Part shown: positions 11,516 through 22,290 of the stretch, piece after piece
Numbering within the stretch: the stretch's first letter is position 1
Layout: the number at the start of each line of letters is the position of its first letter
Source: an uncultured Thermoanaerobaculia bacterium
GTDB lineage: Bacteria > Acidobacteriota > Thermoanaerobaculia > Multivoradales > JAGPDF01
Length of the DNA: 64,000 bases
Direction of reading: 5' to 3'
Assembly: GCA_964618415.1 (NCBI GenBank)
Contig: CAZUAT010000005.1
Span: 49 to 64,048, forward strand
Translations under genes and position numbers: made by a program
Notes under the pieces: model-generated
Seen by the model: the letters and a program-made list of their open reading frames with translations, nothing else
What the model was told of the DNA's origin: nothing
The model's database searches: none

Positions 11516-12160
11516 ATGAATCGCGAGCACGGACTGGTCCTGCTGGTCGGACTGTTGGTCGGGTTCCTGCTCGGCTACCTCGCCAAGGAACAGATGGACG
11601 GCGTGCAGCCGGCCCGACTCGCCGCCGCGACCGGGGTCGTGCCCGGCGGACCGAGCGGCCCAGCCGGCCCGGCCGGGCCGGACGCGGCCGGAGCCAACCC
11701 GATGGCCGAGGTCAATCGGCTCCAGCAGGCGATCGCCGCCAACCCTGAGGACGCCGATTCGATCCTCCGCCTGGCGAACATGAGCTTCGACATCCAGCGC
11801 TGGGAACGCGCCGGCGAGCTGTACGAGCGCTATCTCGCGCTGCGGCCGGGCGACCCCGACGTGCTGACCGACCTCGGCATTACCCGCCGGGCGCGTGGCG
11901 ACTTCGACGGCGCGCTGGAGCTGTTCGCGCAGGCCCAGGGGATCGCTCCCGATCACTGGCAGGCGCGCTTCAACGAGGTGATCGTGCGCGCGTTCGACCA
12001 GCGCGACCTGCCGGGCGCCAGCCGCGCCCTGGCCGAGCTCGAGGCGCGGCGGCCCGGCGATCCCGACGTGGCCCGGCTGGCCGAAGAGGTGCGGCGCCTG
12101 GGAGCGGCTCCGGCAGCCCCGACGGAACCCGGCGCAGCCGACAGCGCAGCGGCGAGATGA
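11516..12160 (+). CDS. Membrane-anchored TPR-repeat protein
   Basis: N-terminal TM helix (LVLLVGLLVGFLLGYL), a Pro/Gly linker, then TPR-like repeats (W.RA.ELYERYLALRPGDPDVL.DLG...GDFDGALE.F..A). Confidence 0.6.
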   Translation: MNREHGLVLLVGLLVGFLLGYLAKEQMDGVQPARLAAATGVVPGGPSGPAGPAGPDAAGANPMAEVNRLQQAIAANPEDADSILRLANMSFDIQRWERAGELYERYLALRPGDPDVLTDLGITRRARGDFDGALELFAQAQGIAPDHWQARFNEVIVRAFDQRDLPGASRALAELEARRPGDPDVARLAEEVRRLGAAPAAPTEPGAADSAAAR

Positions 12161-14592
12161 CCGAGGCGCCCGAGCGCGCCGGATTCCTCGAGGTTGCCGT
12201 CCCGCTCCCGCTGCCGGGCGCGCTGACCTACTCGATTCCCGCAGATCTCGACGGACTGATCCGGCCCGGCCAGCGGGTGCGCGTGCCGGTCGGGCGCCGG
12301 ACCCTGACCGGTCTGGCCCTGCGCCGGGTCGAGAGCCCGCCGGACGGCGTCACGCCGCGCGACGTCGGCGGCCTGGCCGATCTCGAACCGGCGCTCACGC
12401 CCGACCTGCTCGAACTGGCCGAGTTCGTGAGTCGTTACTACCTGGCACCGATCGGGGAGGTCATCGCCGCGCTTCTGCCTGCGGATCTTGCCCCCTGGGG
12501 CACCCGACGCGTCCGGCTGACCGACGCCGGCGCCCTGGCGCCGCCGCGTGACGAATTCGAGCGGCGGCTGCGCGAGCTGCTGATGGAGGCCGATCGGCCG
12601 CTGCTCGCCGACCTGCGCCGGCGGATGCCGGACGATGCCGATTTCGGGCCGCGGGTCGAGGCGCTGGCGCGGGACGGGCGCCTCTCGCTTTCGGAGAACA
12701 GCGGCCGCGGCAGCCGCTTCGTCGCCGCGGTCGAGCGCGTGCCGGGCGACCTCACGGCGCAGCTCGAACGGGCCGGGCGGTCGCAACCGGCGCGCCGAGC
12801 GCTCGAGTACCTCGGCGCGATCGGACGCCCGGCGACCGTCGACGAGCTGGCCGCCGAGGCCGAGGTCAGCGCCGCCGTCGTGCGGCGCCTGGTCGGCCTG
12901 GGCCTGCTGCGGCGCTTTGCCCAGCCGGCGCGGCTCGACCTGGACCGCCACCGGCTCGCTCCGGTCGCGTCGCCGGAATTCGAACTCCGCCCCGACCAGC
13001 GCGCCGCGCTGGCGCGCATCACTGCTGCCGTCGCCACCGGCGAGTTCGGGCGTTTCCTGCTGCACGGCATGACCGGCTCGGGCAAGACCGAGGTCTACCT
13101 GCGGGCGGCCGAGGCAGCGCTGGCACAGGGGCGGTCGGCCCTGCTGCTGGTCCCGGAGATCGCTCTGGTGCCGGCGCTCGCACAGGGCGCCGCCGCCCGG
13201 TTCGGCGACCGACTCGCGGTGCTGCATTCCAACCTCTCGGCGGCCGAGCGACAGCAGGAGTGGGAGCGGATCCGCGGCGGCAGCGCGCGGGTGGTCGTCG
13301 GACCGCGCTCGGCGGTCTTTGCGCCGCTTTCCGACCTCGGCCTCGTGGTGGTCGACGAAGAGCAGGACTCGGCCTACAAGCAGGACCAGGCACCGCGCTA
13401 CCACGGGCGCGACCTCGCCCTGGTGCGCTGCCGCAGCGCCGGCGCGGTGGCGGTGCTGGCGTCGGCGACGCCGAGTCTGGAGAGCCGCCACGCGGCGCGG
13501 GCCGGGCGCCTCGAGCTGCTGCGGCTCACCGAGCGGGTGGGGCACGGCCGCCTGCCGGAGGGGGTCCTGGTCGATCTGCGCGCCGAACCGCGGGCGCGCA
13601 AGGCACAGGACCTGCTGTTCACCGAGACACTGCTCGCGCGGATGCGCGAGACGATCGACGCCGGCGACCAGGTGATCCTGCTGCGCAATCGCCGCGGCTA
13701 CGCGCCGATGCTGCTCTGCCGGGCGTGCGGGGAGGACTTTCGCTGCCCCGACTGCGGGCTGGCGCGCACCTACCACCGCCGGGCCGGACGGCTGATCTGC
13801 CACTACTGCGGTTCGCACCTGCCGCCGCCGGCTGTCTGTCCCACCTGCCGCTCGGAGGCGCTCGAGCCGATCGGCGCCGGCACCGAGCGGGTGGAGGAGG
13901 AACTCGCCCGCCGCCTGCCCGGCGTCGAGGTCGACGTGCTCGACCGCGACGCCACGCGCCGCGTCGGCGGTGCGGCCGCCATCCTGGAACGATTCGGGCG
14001 GGGCGAGACGCGGGTTCTGATCGGCACCCAGATGCTCTCCAAGGGCCACCATTTCCCGCGCGTCGCGCTCACCGCCGTGCTGTCGGCCGACGACTACCTC
14101 GGCTTCCCCGACTTCCGGGCGGTGGAGCGCACCTACGCGCTGCTCACCCAGCTGGCCGGCCGGGCGGGGAGGGGAGAGCGGCCCGGGCGAGTCGTGCTGC
14201 AGACGTTTCATCCCGATCACTATGCGATCCAGGCGGCGCTGCACCACGACGACGAGGCGTTCGTCTCTCAGGAGATGCGCTACCGCGAGGTGTTCGGCTA
14301 TCCGCCGTTCACTCGGATGGCGCTCATCCTGTCGCGTGATCGCCGCCGCGAAACGGCCCTCGGCCGCCTGCGCGACGTCGCCCAGCAGCTCGAGCGGCGC
14401 GCGGCCGCCGACGGCCTGCGCATCACCGGCCCGGCTCCAGCGCCGTTCGAGCGCCTGCGGGGCCAGTGGCGTTTCCAGTGCATCGTGCGTGGCAGCTCGG
14501 GCGCTGCAGTGCGCGAAGCTGTCCGGGCGGCGGTGGCGGGCCAGCCGATCGGGGCGCTGCAGGTGGACATCGATCCCCAGCAACTGCTCTGA
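12157..14592 (+). CDS. priA: Primosomal protein N' (replication restart helicase PriA)
   Basis: Walker A LLHGMTGSGKTEVY, DEEQD box, Cys-rich zinc region CRACGEDFRCPDCG...CHYCG...CPTC, and C-terminal helicase lobe GTQMLSKGHHFP. Confidence 0.9.
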   Translation: MTEAPERAGFLEVAVPLPLPGALTYSIPADLDGLIRPGQRVRVPVGRRTLTGLALRRVESPPDGVTPRDVGGLADLEPALTPDLLELAEFVSRYYLAPIGEVIAALLPADLAPWGTRRVRLTDAGALAPPRDEFERRLRELLMEADRPLLADLRRRMPDDADFGPRVEALARDGRLSLSENSGRGSRFVAAVERVPGDLTAQLERAGRSQPARRALEYLGAIGRPATVDELAAEAEVSAAVVRRLVGLGLLRRFAQPARLDLDRHRLAPVASPEFELRPDQRAALARITAAVATGEFGRFLLHGMTGSGKTEVYLRAAEAALAQGRSALLLVPEIALVPALAQGAAARFGDRLAVLHSNLSAAERQQEWERIRGGSARVVVGPRSAVFAPLSDLGLVVVDEEQDSAYKQDQAPRYHGRDLALVRCRSAGAVAVLASATPSLESRHAARAGRLELLRLTERVGHGRLPEGVLVDLRAEPRARKAQDLLFTETLLARMRETIDAGDQVILLRNRRGYAPMLLCRACGEDFRCPDCGLARTYHRRAGRLICHYCGSHLPPPAVCPTCRSEALEPIGAGTERVEEELARRLPGVEVDVLDRDATRRVGGAAAILERFGRGETRVLIGTQMLSKGHHFPRVALTAVLSADDYLGFPDFRAVERTYALLTQLAGRAGRGERPGRVVLQTFHPDHYAIQAALHHDDEAFVSQEMRYREVFGYPPFTRMALILSRDRRRETALGRLRDVAQQLERRAAADGLRITGPAPAPFERLRGQWRFQCIVRGSSGAAVREAVRAAVAGQPIGALQVDIDPQQLL

Positions 14593-14641
14593 GCCGGCGG
14601 TTTGACCGGTTTTCCGGGCCCCTGCTAAGGTCTCCGTTCGC

Positions 14642-15592
14642 ATGTCCGCCGACGCCAACTTCGAAGAACCCCTGGTCGAACTCCGCCGCAGGATCGAGGA
14701 GCTCGAGGGGTATCCGGCCGGCAGCGGCCACGACCGCGAGCTGGCCACCCTGCGCCGGCAGCTGGGCGAGCGAACCCGCGAGATCTACGGGCAGCTGACC
14801 CGCTGGCAGAAGACCCTGGTCGCCCGGCACGCCGACCGGCCGTACACGCTCGACTACATCGCGGCGCTCACCGAGGACTGGATCGAGCTGCACGGCGACC
14901 GCGCGTTCGCCGACGACGCGGCGATCGTCTCCGGCCTGGCCCGTTTCCGCGGCCGCTCGGTGGCGGTGATCGGGCACCAGAAGGGGCGCGGCACCCGCGA
15001 GCGGATCGCCCGCAACTTCGGCCAGCCACGGCCGGAGGGGTATCGCAAGGCGCTGCGGATCATGCGCCTGGCCGAGCGGTTCCGTCTGCCGATCCTCACC
15101 TTCGTCGACACGCCGGGCGCCTACCCGGGCATCGACGCCGAGGAGCGCGGCCAGGCGGAAGCGATCGCGCGGAACCTGATCGAAATGGCCGGCCTGCGGG
15201 TGCCGATCGTCGTGACGGTGACCGGGGAGGGGGGTAGCGGCGGCGCGCTGGCGCTCGGCGTGGGCGACCGGGTGCTGATGCTCGAGTACGGCGTCTACTC
15301 CGTCATCTCGCCCGAGGGCTGCGCGGCGATCCTGTGGAAGGATCAGGAGAAGAAGGCGGTGGCTGCCGACGCGATGAAGATCGCCGCCCCCGACTTGCTG
15401 GAACTCCGGGTGATCGACGAGATCGTGCGCGAGCCCGAGGGAGGGGCGCACACCGATCCGGCCGCCGCGGCCGCCCTGGTCGGCGACGCGATCGAGCGCG
15501 CCCTCGTCGACCTCGAACGCCTGCCGATCGACCGCTTGCTCGACCTGCGCTACCAGCGCTTCCGTTCGCTCGGCGTCTACGAGGCGTCCTGA
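14642..15592 (+). CDS. accA: Acetyl-CoA carboxylase carboxyltransferase subunit alpha
   Basis: LDYI...F.ELHGDR...DD.AIV.G...GR.V.VIGHQKGR...NFG.P.PEGYRKALR.M.LAE.F..PI.TF.DTPGAYPG...EERGQ.EAIA. Confidence 0.95.
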   Translation: MSADANFEEPLVELRRRIEELEGYPAGSGHDRELATLRRQLGERTREIYGQLTRWQKTLVARHADRPYTLDYIAALTEDWIELHGDRAFADDAAIVSGLARFRGRSVAVIGHQKGRGTRERIARNFGQPRPEGYRKALRIMRLAERFRLPILTFVDTPGAYPGIDAEERGQAEAIARNLIEMAGLRVPIVVTVTGEGGSGGALALGVGDRVLMLEYGVYSVISPEGCAAILWKDQEKKAVAADAMKIAAPDLLELRVIDEIVREPEGGAHTDPAAAAALVGDAIERALVDLERLPIDRLLDLRYQRFRSLGVYEAS

Positions 15593-15642
15593 CTCCGTCG
15601 CACCGCAGGGGAGGCGCGGACGCGGAGTGGGTCGCGGCGTCG

Positions 15643-17295
15643 GTGCCGGAGGCGGCCGCCGTGCTGGAAGCGGGCGGCCTGCCTGTCGAACAGGCTCGGC
15701 TGCTGGCGCGGCGTGGCGTGCAGACCATCGAGGAGGCGCGCCGCTTTCTCGCTCCGACGCTCGAACAGCTCCTTCCGGGCAGCGAACTGGTGGGCTTCGA
15801 CCGCAGCGTCGAACGGCTGGCCGACACCTGTCGCCGCGGGGAAACGGTTGCCATCGTCGGTGACTACGACGTCGACGGCGTCTCGTCGACCGCTCTGCTG
15901 ACCGCGGCGCTGCGCGTCTGCGGGGCCCGACCGGTGCCGCTGCTCGCGCAGCGCCACGCCGAAGGGTATGGCTTTCAGCCGGTCCACGCCGAACGGGCCG
16001 CAGACGCCGCAGCGACCGTCCTCGTCGCCGTCGACTGCGGCACCAACTCGCGGCCAGCAGTCGCCGCAGCGCGCGGGCGCGGGCTGGACTGCGTGGTGAT
16101 CGATCACCACCTGCCGGACGGCGGCCCCCCGCTCGAGGCGATCCTGGTCAACCCACACCAGGCCGGCTGCACCTATCCTTTTCGCCAGCTGGCGGCGGCG
16201 GGGCTGACGCTCAAGGTCGTCGCCGGCCTGCTCACGGCGCTGGGGCGCGAGGTGCCGTGGGAGTCGCTGCTGCGCATCGCCTGCCTCGGCACGATCGCGG
16301 ACGTGGCACCCCTGGTGGGGGAGAACCGCGTCATCGTCGCGCTCGGGCTGCGGGCGCTCGGCAGCAGCCGCTCGCCGGGACTGCGCGCATTGCTCGCCAG
16401 CGCCGGGCTGCGGCCGCCGATCCAGGCCGCCGACGTCGGCTTCCGACTCGCCCCGCGCCTCAACGCGCCCGGCCGGCTCGGCACCGCGGACGAGGCGCTG
16501 GCGCTGCTGCTCGAGCGTGACCCGGCGCGGGCGCGCGAGCTGGCAGCAAGCCTGGAGCAGTGGAATCTGCGCCGCCAGGCACTGGAGCGCGAGGTCGTCG
16601 AGTCGGCGCGAGAGCGGCTCGCTGCCGACGACCGGCCAGGTCGCGGACCGGTGCTGGTCTGGTCCGAAGGGTGGAACCGCGGCGTGGTGGGAATCGCGGC
16701 GGCGCGTCTGGCGCGGCAGCTCGGACGCCCGACGGTGCTGCTGGCAGTCGAGGGAGAGAGCGCGACCGGGTCCGGCCGCAGCGTCGACGAGGTCGACCTG
16801 TACCGTCTGCTCGCTCCGTGGGCCGATCGGTTGGAGCGATTCGGTGGCCACGCCCGTGCCATCGGCATGACCGTCCGCGCCGATCTGCTGCCAGAGCTGG
16901 CGAGGGAGTGGGCGGCGCTCGAACTGCCGGCACCTGGCCCGCGTGCGCTCGAGTACGAGCTCGAGTTGGCGGCGCACGAGCTGACCGGAGAGCGACTCGC
17001 ACGCATCGAGGCGCTCGCCCCGTTCGGGGCCGGCAACGAGGAGCCCATCGTCCGCCTGTCGGCGCTGCACGCTGCCGGCCCGCCGCGTCGGTTCGGCCAG
17101 GATCATGTCGCCGTGACGGTGGGAGCGGCTTCCGGGGGAGCCTCGGTCGAGCTCGTCGGGTGGGGTTGGGGAGAGCGCCTGCGTAGCGCCCCCGACGGCC
17201 CGTTTGACGTTCTGGTGCGCCTCGAGCGCGATTCCTGGCGCGGCGGCATGCGCGGGCGTCTCGAAGCCCTGCGTCCGAGCGCCTGCGCGCACTAG
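15643..17295 (+). CDS. recJ: Single-stranded-DNA-specific exonuclease RecJ (start uncertain)
   Basis: DHH motifs VAIVGDYDVDGVSSTALL, DCG and IDHH, plus the DHHA1 region (GGH..A.G). The first in-frame GTG after the accA stop was chosen, but other starts are possible. Confidence 0.8.
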   Translation: MPEAAAVLEAGGLPVEQARLLARRGVQTIEEARRFLAPTLEQLLPGSELVGFDRSVERLADTCRRGETVAIVGDYDVDGVSSTALLTAALRVCGARPVPLLAQRHAEGYGFQPVHAERAADAAATVLVAVDCGTNSRPAVAAARGRGLDCVVIDHHLPDGGPPLEAILVNPHQAGCTYPFRQLAAAGLTLKVVAGLLTALGREVPWESLLRIACLGTIADVAPLVGENRVIVALGLRALGSSRSPGLRALLASAGLRPPIQAADVGFRLAPRLNAPGRLGTADEALALLLERDPARARELAASLEQWNLRRQALEREVVESARERLAADDRPGRGPVLVWSEGWNRGVVGIAAARLARQLGRPTVLLAVEGESATGSGRSVDEVDLYRLLAPWADRLERFGGHARAIGMTVRADLLPELAREWAALELPAPGPRALEYELELAAHELTGERLARIEALAPFGAGNEEPIVRLSALHAAGPPRRFGQDHVAVTVGAASGGASVELVGWGWGERLRSAPDGPFDVLVRLERDSWRGGMRGRLEALRPSACAH

Positions 17296-17305
17296 AATCG
17301 CCGGA

Positions 17306-19450
17306 ATGCCTGCAGTTTCGCCCTCCCGCCCGCCGTTCCGCCGCCTGCGCCGGGCACTGCTGGTGCTCGCAGGACTGGTCGTCTGCGGCGTGGCGGGGCT
17401 CTATCTGCTCGGGCGCCAGACTATGCCTCCGGTCGAGGTAGTCGCCGGCCCCGACCCCCTGACCAGCGACGAGGGCGCGCTGGCGTTCAGTGAAGGGTTC
17501 GAGTACGAGCAGCGGATCGGCGAGCGCAGCGCCTTCCTGCTCGCCGGCGAACGGTTCGTGCGTGGGCGCGACGAGTCGGTCTCGCTCGAGGGTGTGGCGG
17601 TCGAGCTGACGCGCGAGGACGGGGGCACCTATCGGATCGAGAGTCGCCACGCGCTCTGGCGGCCGGACCTGAAGGAAGCGCAGCTCACCGAAGCGGTGCG
17701 GCTGGTTGGCCCGCGTGGACTGCAGCTGACCTCGGAGCGACTGGACCTGGTGGACGGCGGGCGGCGCCTGATCTCGCGCGGTCCGGTCGGGCTGGCCCTG
17801 GGCGAGCGGTTCGGCGGACGTGCCGCGGGGCTGCGCTTCGAGACGCCGACCGAACGGCTGCATCTGCAGGGCCGCGTGCGCCTGGCCGGCACGACGGGAG
17901 AGGCGGAGGCGGAGCGTCGCCTGGCACTCGAGGCCGGAACGATGATGCTCGACCGCCCGACGCGCACGGTGCGCGCCTCGAACCGCGTCCTGCTGCAGTC
18001 CGGAGGGGACCGGCTGGCGGCGCGGTGGCTCGAGGTCGTCTTCGACGAGGACGAGCGCGAACCGGTCTCGGCACTGGCGCGCGGCGGGGTACACGGCGGT
18101 TTCGACGCCGGCGACCCGTCGGGCAGCCTGGGCGACGAGCCGACGGAAGCCATGGCCGACGCGAGGGGCTCGGCGGAAGACGTTGTGGCGGACGCGTCCG
18201 GCGATCCGGAAGAACTGCCGGACGAGGAGGCCACCTCATCGACCGACGATCCGGTGGCCGAGGCCACTGCCGCCTCCTCGACAGGCGGCGGACGGGCGCG
18301 GGTGCGCTTCCAGGCGGCCGTCGCGCGCCTTGCGTTTGCCGGTCAACCGTCCCGCCCGGCGCAGCTGGAGCTCGATGGGGAGGCGGGCAGCCCGGCGCGA
18401 CTGGTGCTGGCCGGCGACGACGCGGCCACGCGCGTTCTGACGGCGCCGACGGTCCTGGCCAGCTTCGGCGAGGACGGGCATCCCACCGCGGCCGGCGCCA
18501 GCGGCGGAGTGGTCCTGCGCGAGCGGGGTGGTCCGTCCGGCCTGCGGGTGGCAAGCGGCGCGGAGGCCACGGTGGGGTTCCAGCCCGGCGGCACGGTCGG
18601 CCGGATCGAGCTGCGGGGCGCGGTCCGCGTCGCCCACGGCGACACCGAGGCGCACGGAGAGCGGGCCCAGTTCGATCCCGGCACCGGCACCGGTGCGCTG
18701 TTCGGCTCGGCGACTGCGCCGGCGACGGCGCGCGGCCCGCGGGGCGTTCTGTTCGCTCCGCGCATCGACGTCGACCAGGCCGCATCGATGGTGCGGGCCA
18801 CGGGCGGCGTGCGCGGCGAGCTGGCACGCGGGGCCGCGATCGGTCCGGACGGCAGCGCGGCCGGCGCCAGCGACGAGCCGGTCCACATCCGCGCCAGGGA
18901 GGCGAGCTGGGCCGACGCCGGACGCAGCTGGCGCTTTGCGGGCGAGGTGCAGGCGGTGCAGGGCGAGACGCTGCTGTTTGCTGACGAGCTGGTCGGGACG
19001 GAGGCCGGCTCTGCGCAGGCGCGCGGGGGCGTGCGCACCGTCTGGCGTGAGGCAGCGACCGCCGAGCTGCCCGAGCCGCCGTCGACGACCGTGTCGGCCG
19101 CCCAGCTCGCCTACCGGCGTCAGCCGGGCGAACTGCTCTACGAGGGCGAAGTGATGGCGCGGCAAGGCGAGCGCGAGCTGGCGGCGGCGCGCGTGCGGGT
19201 GGAACTCGACGAGGCCGGCCAGGCGCGCCACCTCGAGGCGACCGGCGACGTGAGAATCCTCGACCGCGCGTCGGGGCGGACGATCTCGGGGTCGCGGGCC
19301 GACCACGACCTGGTGGCGCGGCGCATCCTGGTCGTCGGCGAGCCGGTGCTGCTGCGCGAGCCGGGCGGGACCCAGGTGCGCGGCCGCCGGCTGATCTACG
19401 ACCTGGCCGCGGGCACCGCGCGGATGCTCTCCGAGGGAGAGGAACCATGA
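17306..19450 (+). CDS. Large membrane-anchored LptC/LptA(OstA)-like protein with several beta-jellyroll-like repeats and an acidic linker
   Basis: N-terminal TM ([19 protein letters not shown]). Repeated OstA/LptA-like strands occur (e.g. [39 protein letters not shown]...ATGDVRILD...[19 protein letters not shown]...GRRLIYDL). The stop overlaps the lptB start by 4 nt, which is the canonical lptC-lptA position. The domain call rests on pattern and context only. Confidence 0.5.
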   Translation: MPAVSPSRPPFRRLRRALLVLAGLVVCGVAGLYLLGRQTMPPVEVVAGPDPLTSDEGALAFSEGFEYEQRIGERSAFLLAGERFVRGRDESVSLEGVAVELTREDGGTYRIESRHALWRPDLKEAQLTEAVRLVGPRGLQLTSERLDLVDGGRRLISRGPVGLALGERFGGRAAGLRFETPTERLHLQGRVRLAGTTGEAEAERRLALEAGTMMLDRPTRTVRASNRVLLQSGGDRLAARWLEVVFDEDEREPVSALARGGVHGGFDAGDPSGSLGDEPTEAMADARGSAEDVVADASGDPEELPDEEATSSTDDPVAEATAASSTGGGRARVRFQAAVARLAFAGQPSRPAQLELDGEAGSPARLVLAGDDAATRVLTAPTVLASFGEDGHPTAAGASGGVVLRERGGPSGLRVASGAEATVGFQPGGTVGRIELRGAVRVAHGDTEAHGERAQFDPGTGTGALFGSATAPATARGPRGVLFAPRIDVDQAASMVRATGGVRGELARGAAIGPDGSAAGASDEPVHIRAREASWADAGRSWRFAGEVQAVQGETLLFADELVGTEAGSAQARGGVRTVWREAATAELPEPPSTTVSAAQLAYRRQPGELLYEGEVMARQGERELAAARVRVELDEAGQARHLEATGDVRILDRASGRTISGSRADHDLVARRILVVGEPVLLREPGGTQVRGRRLIYDLAAGTARMLSEGEEP

Positions 19451-20196
19451 GCGCGACTACCACTCCCGCAACGGCGGCGGTTCTGCGCGCTCACGACCTG
19501 AAGAAGGTCTACGGTGGCCGTACCGTGGTCTCCGGCGTGTCCGTGCAGATCGCCCCCGGCGAGATCGTCGGTCTGCTCGGGCCCAATGGCGCCGGCAAGA
19601 CGACGATGTTCTACATGGTGGTCGGACTGGTACCTCCGGACGGCGGGACCGTGCACCTCGGTGACGAGGAGATCACCGCGCTGCCGATGTACCAGCGCGC
19701 CCAGCGCGGCATCAGCTACCTGCCACAGGAGCCGTCGGTCTTCCGCAAGTTGTCGGTCGAGGACAATCTGCGAGCGATCTTCGAAACCCTCGACCTGTCG
19801 CACGCCGAGCAGGAGCGGCGTATCGATCGCCTGATCGAAGATTTCAAACTGGAGAAGGTGCGACGCAGCCAGGGCTACATGCTGTCCGGTGGCGAGCGGC
19901 GGCGCGTCGAGATCGCGCGCTCGCTCGCCATCAGCCCGTCATTCGTGTTGCTCGACGAGCCTTTCGCCGGTATCGATCCGATCGCGGTGCTCGATATTCA
20001 AGGTATCATCCGACACCTCAGGGAGATGGGCATCGGCGTTCTGATTACCGACCACAACGTGCGCGAAACGCTGAAGATCACCAGTCGCGCGTACATCATC
20101 AACAACGGCGAGATCCTTCGCTCTGGAACGCCCGACGAGCTGTCGGCCGATCCCAAGGTGCGCAAGATCTATCTCGGCGAAGAATTCAGCCTCTGA
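19447..20196 (+). CDS. lptB: LPS export ABC transporter ATP-binding protein LptB
   Basis: [57 protein letters not shown]; directly upstream of rpoN. Confidence 0.95.
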   Translation: MSATTTPATAAVLRAHDLKKVYGGRTVVSGVSVQIAPGEIVGLLGPNGAGKTTMFYMVVGLVPPDGGTVHLGDEEITALPMYQRAQRGISYLPQEPSVFRKLSVEDNLRAIFETLDLSHAEQERRIDRLIEDFKLEKVRRSQGYMLSGGERRRVEIARSLAISPSFVLLDEPFAGIDPIAVLDIQGIIRHLREMGIGVLITDHNVRETLKITSRAYIINNGEILRSGTPDELSADPKVRKIYLGEEFSL

Positions 20197-20208
20197 GGCC
20201 AGGTCGGC

Positions 20209-21696
20209 ATGGCGCTGGAACAGAAACTCTCCCTCAAACTCTCGCAGCGGCTGGTGATGACGCCGTCGCTGCAGCAGGCGATCAAGCTGCTGCAGATGAC
20301 CCGGCTCGAACTGGAGACGACCGTCGCGCAGGAGCTCGAGGCCAATCCGGTGCTCGAGGAGATCGAGGATGCCAGCGAGGAGGAAGAGACCCTCGTGGCG
20401 GCCGGCGCCGAGGCCGAACCCCCGGCGGCGCCAGAGCCGGAGGTGACGCCGGAGATCGAGGCAGGACCGAAGAACTCGCTGGAGGAGACGAGCCTCGACG
20501 CCTGGCTGCAGGACGACTGGGGCGACGAGGGCTGGTCGGCGACCGCCGGCGAGTGGGAGGAGCATCAGGCGCCCCCGCTCGAGAACACGCTGACGCGCGA
20601 GCCGGATCTTTACGACCACCTGCTGTGGCAGATCCACATGGGGGACTTCACGGCGCGCGAGCGGGCGATCGCCGAGGCAATCGTCGGCAACCTCGACCCG
20701 GACGGGTTCCTGGTGGCTTCGCTCGAAGAGCTGCTGGCGACCGGCGCCGAGGCCGACGAGCCGTGGACGAGCGAAGAGATCGAAGCCGTGCTCTCGCGGG
20801 TGCGGGCGCTCGATCCGCATGGCGTGGCGTGGGCGACGCTGCGTGAGAGCCTGGCCGCCCAGCTGCGCCAGCGCGGCGAGCCCGAGGATTCGCCGGCTCA
20901 CGTCATCCTGGCGGAGCACTGGGAGGCGTTCCTCAAGCGCTCGTATCCGGCGATCGCCAAAGCGCTGGGAATGCCGCTGGCGGATCTCGAGCCGGTCATC
21001 GAGACGATCAAGACCTTGGAAACCCGACCCGGACGGGCCTTCTCGCACGACCGCACCGTCTACGTCGAGCCCGACGTGCACGTCCTCAAGGTCGGCGACG
21101 AGTACGTGATCCAGCTCAACGACGACGGGCTGCCGCGGCTGCGCGTCAGTCGCGCCTACCGCCGCATGCTGCAGCAGATGCGGGCCGAAGGTCGTCAGGG
21201 CGAGGCGACGCAGTACATCACCGACAAGATGCGCTCGGCGGTCTGGTTGATCAAGAGCCTCGACCAGCGGCAGCGCACGATCTACAAGGTTGCCGAGTCG
21301 ATCACCCGCCAGCAGCGCGAGTTCCTCGACCACGGCATCGACTTCCTGCGCCCGATGGTCCTGCGTGACGTGGCCGACGACATCGGCATGCACGAGTCGA
21401 CGGTTTCCCGGGTGGTTTCGAACAAGTACATCCACACACCGCGCGGACTGCTGCCGATGAAGTTCTTCTTCCACAGCGGCATCGACCGCGACTACGGCGA
21501 GGACATCTCCTCGCTGACGGTCAAGCGCAAGATCAAGCAGCTGATCGACGAAGAGGATGCGCGACACCCGCTGTCGGACAGCGAGCTGATGCGAATCCTC
21601 AACCGGGAGGGGATCCAGATCGCGCGGCGGACCGTGGCCAAGTATCGCGACGAGCTGAACATCCCGTCCTCGGCCGACCGCCGCAAGGTATTTTGA
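20209..21696 (+). CDS. rpoN: RNA polymerase sigma-54 factor
   Basis: N-terminal LKLSQRLVMTPSLQQAIKLLQM, an acidic region II, and the C-terminal RpoN box ARRTVAKYR. Confidence 0.95.
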   Translation: MALEQKLSLKLSQRLVMTPSLQQAIKLLQMTRLELETTVAQELEANPVLEEIEDASEEEETLVAAGAEAEPPAAPEPEVTPEIEAGPKNSLEETSLDAWLQDDWGDEGWSATAGEWEEHQAPPLENTLTREPDLYDHLLWQIHMGDFTARERAIAEAIVGNLDPDGFLVASLEELLATGAEADEPWTSEEIEAVLSRVRALDPHGVAWATLRESLAAQLRQRGEPEDSPAHVILAEHWEAFLKRSYPAIAKALGMPLADLEPVIETIKTLETRPGRAFSHDRTVYVEPDVHVLKVGDEYVIQLNDDGLPRLRVSRAYRRMLQQMRAEGRQGEATQYITDKMRSAVWLIKSLDQRQRTIYKVAESITRQQREFLDHGIDFLRPMVLRDVADDIGMHESTVSRVVSNKYIHTPRGLLPMKFFFHSGIDRDYGEDISSLTVKRKIKQLIDEEDARHPLSDSELMRILNREGIQIARRTVAKYRDELNIPSSADRRKVF

Positions 21697-21735
21697 GGGC
21701 TTTCTGAACGCGTCCAACCCGTCGAAAGGAGCCGC

Positions 21736-22287
21736 ATGACGATCGAATTCGTGAGCCGAAACTTCCAGATCGACGACGCTCTGCGGACGCTCACCGAGGA
21801 ACGCCTGGCGCGCGTCACGCGCTTCCTTCTCGAACCGATCGAGATCCGGGTCATCCTCGAGACGGAGAAGTTCCGCCACGCCGCGGAGCTGCACGTGACG
21901 CACCTGCACGGCTCACTGCACGCCCGCGAGGAGAGCACCCAGATGCCCGAAGCGGTCGGCCTGGCGATCGATCATCTGGAGCGCCAGGCCCGCCGGCTGC
22001 GCAAACGCGCCGTGGATCGGCGCAAGCGGGCCGGGCGCGACAACGGAGGGCCGCGACGGTGGCCGGTGGACGTGCTCACACCCGCCAGCCTGGCTGCCGG
22101 AGCGAATCGGGAGATCGTGCGCAGCTCTCACCTCGACATCGAGGCGCTGTCTCTCGACGAAGCGGCGCGGCGACTGGAGGCGTCTCGCAACGAGTTCGTG
22201 GTCTTCCTCGACCGCGAAAGCTCGCGCGTCAACGTGCTGTACCGGCGGCGTGACGAGCACTTCGGGCTGATCTCCCCGGAAGGCTGA
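21736..22287 (+). CDS. hpf: Ribosome hibernation promoting factor, long form
   Basis: S30AE/YfiA N-domain (RNFQIDDALR...) plus a C-terminal dimerisation domain (FVVFLDRESSRVNVLYRRRDEHFGLI). It sits at the conserved position after rpoN. Confidence 0.9.
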   Translation: MTIEFVSRNFQIDDALRTLTEERLARVTRFLLEPIEIRVILETEKFRHAAELHVTHLHGSLHAREESTQMPEAVGLAIDHLERQARRLRKRAVDRRKRAGRDNGGPRRWPVDVLTPASLAAGANREIVRSSHLDIEALSLDEAARRLEASRNEFVVFLDRESSRVNVLYRRRDEHFGLISPEG

Positions 22288-22290
22288 AGC

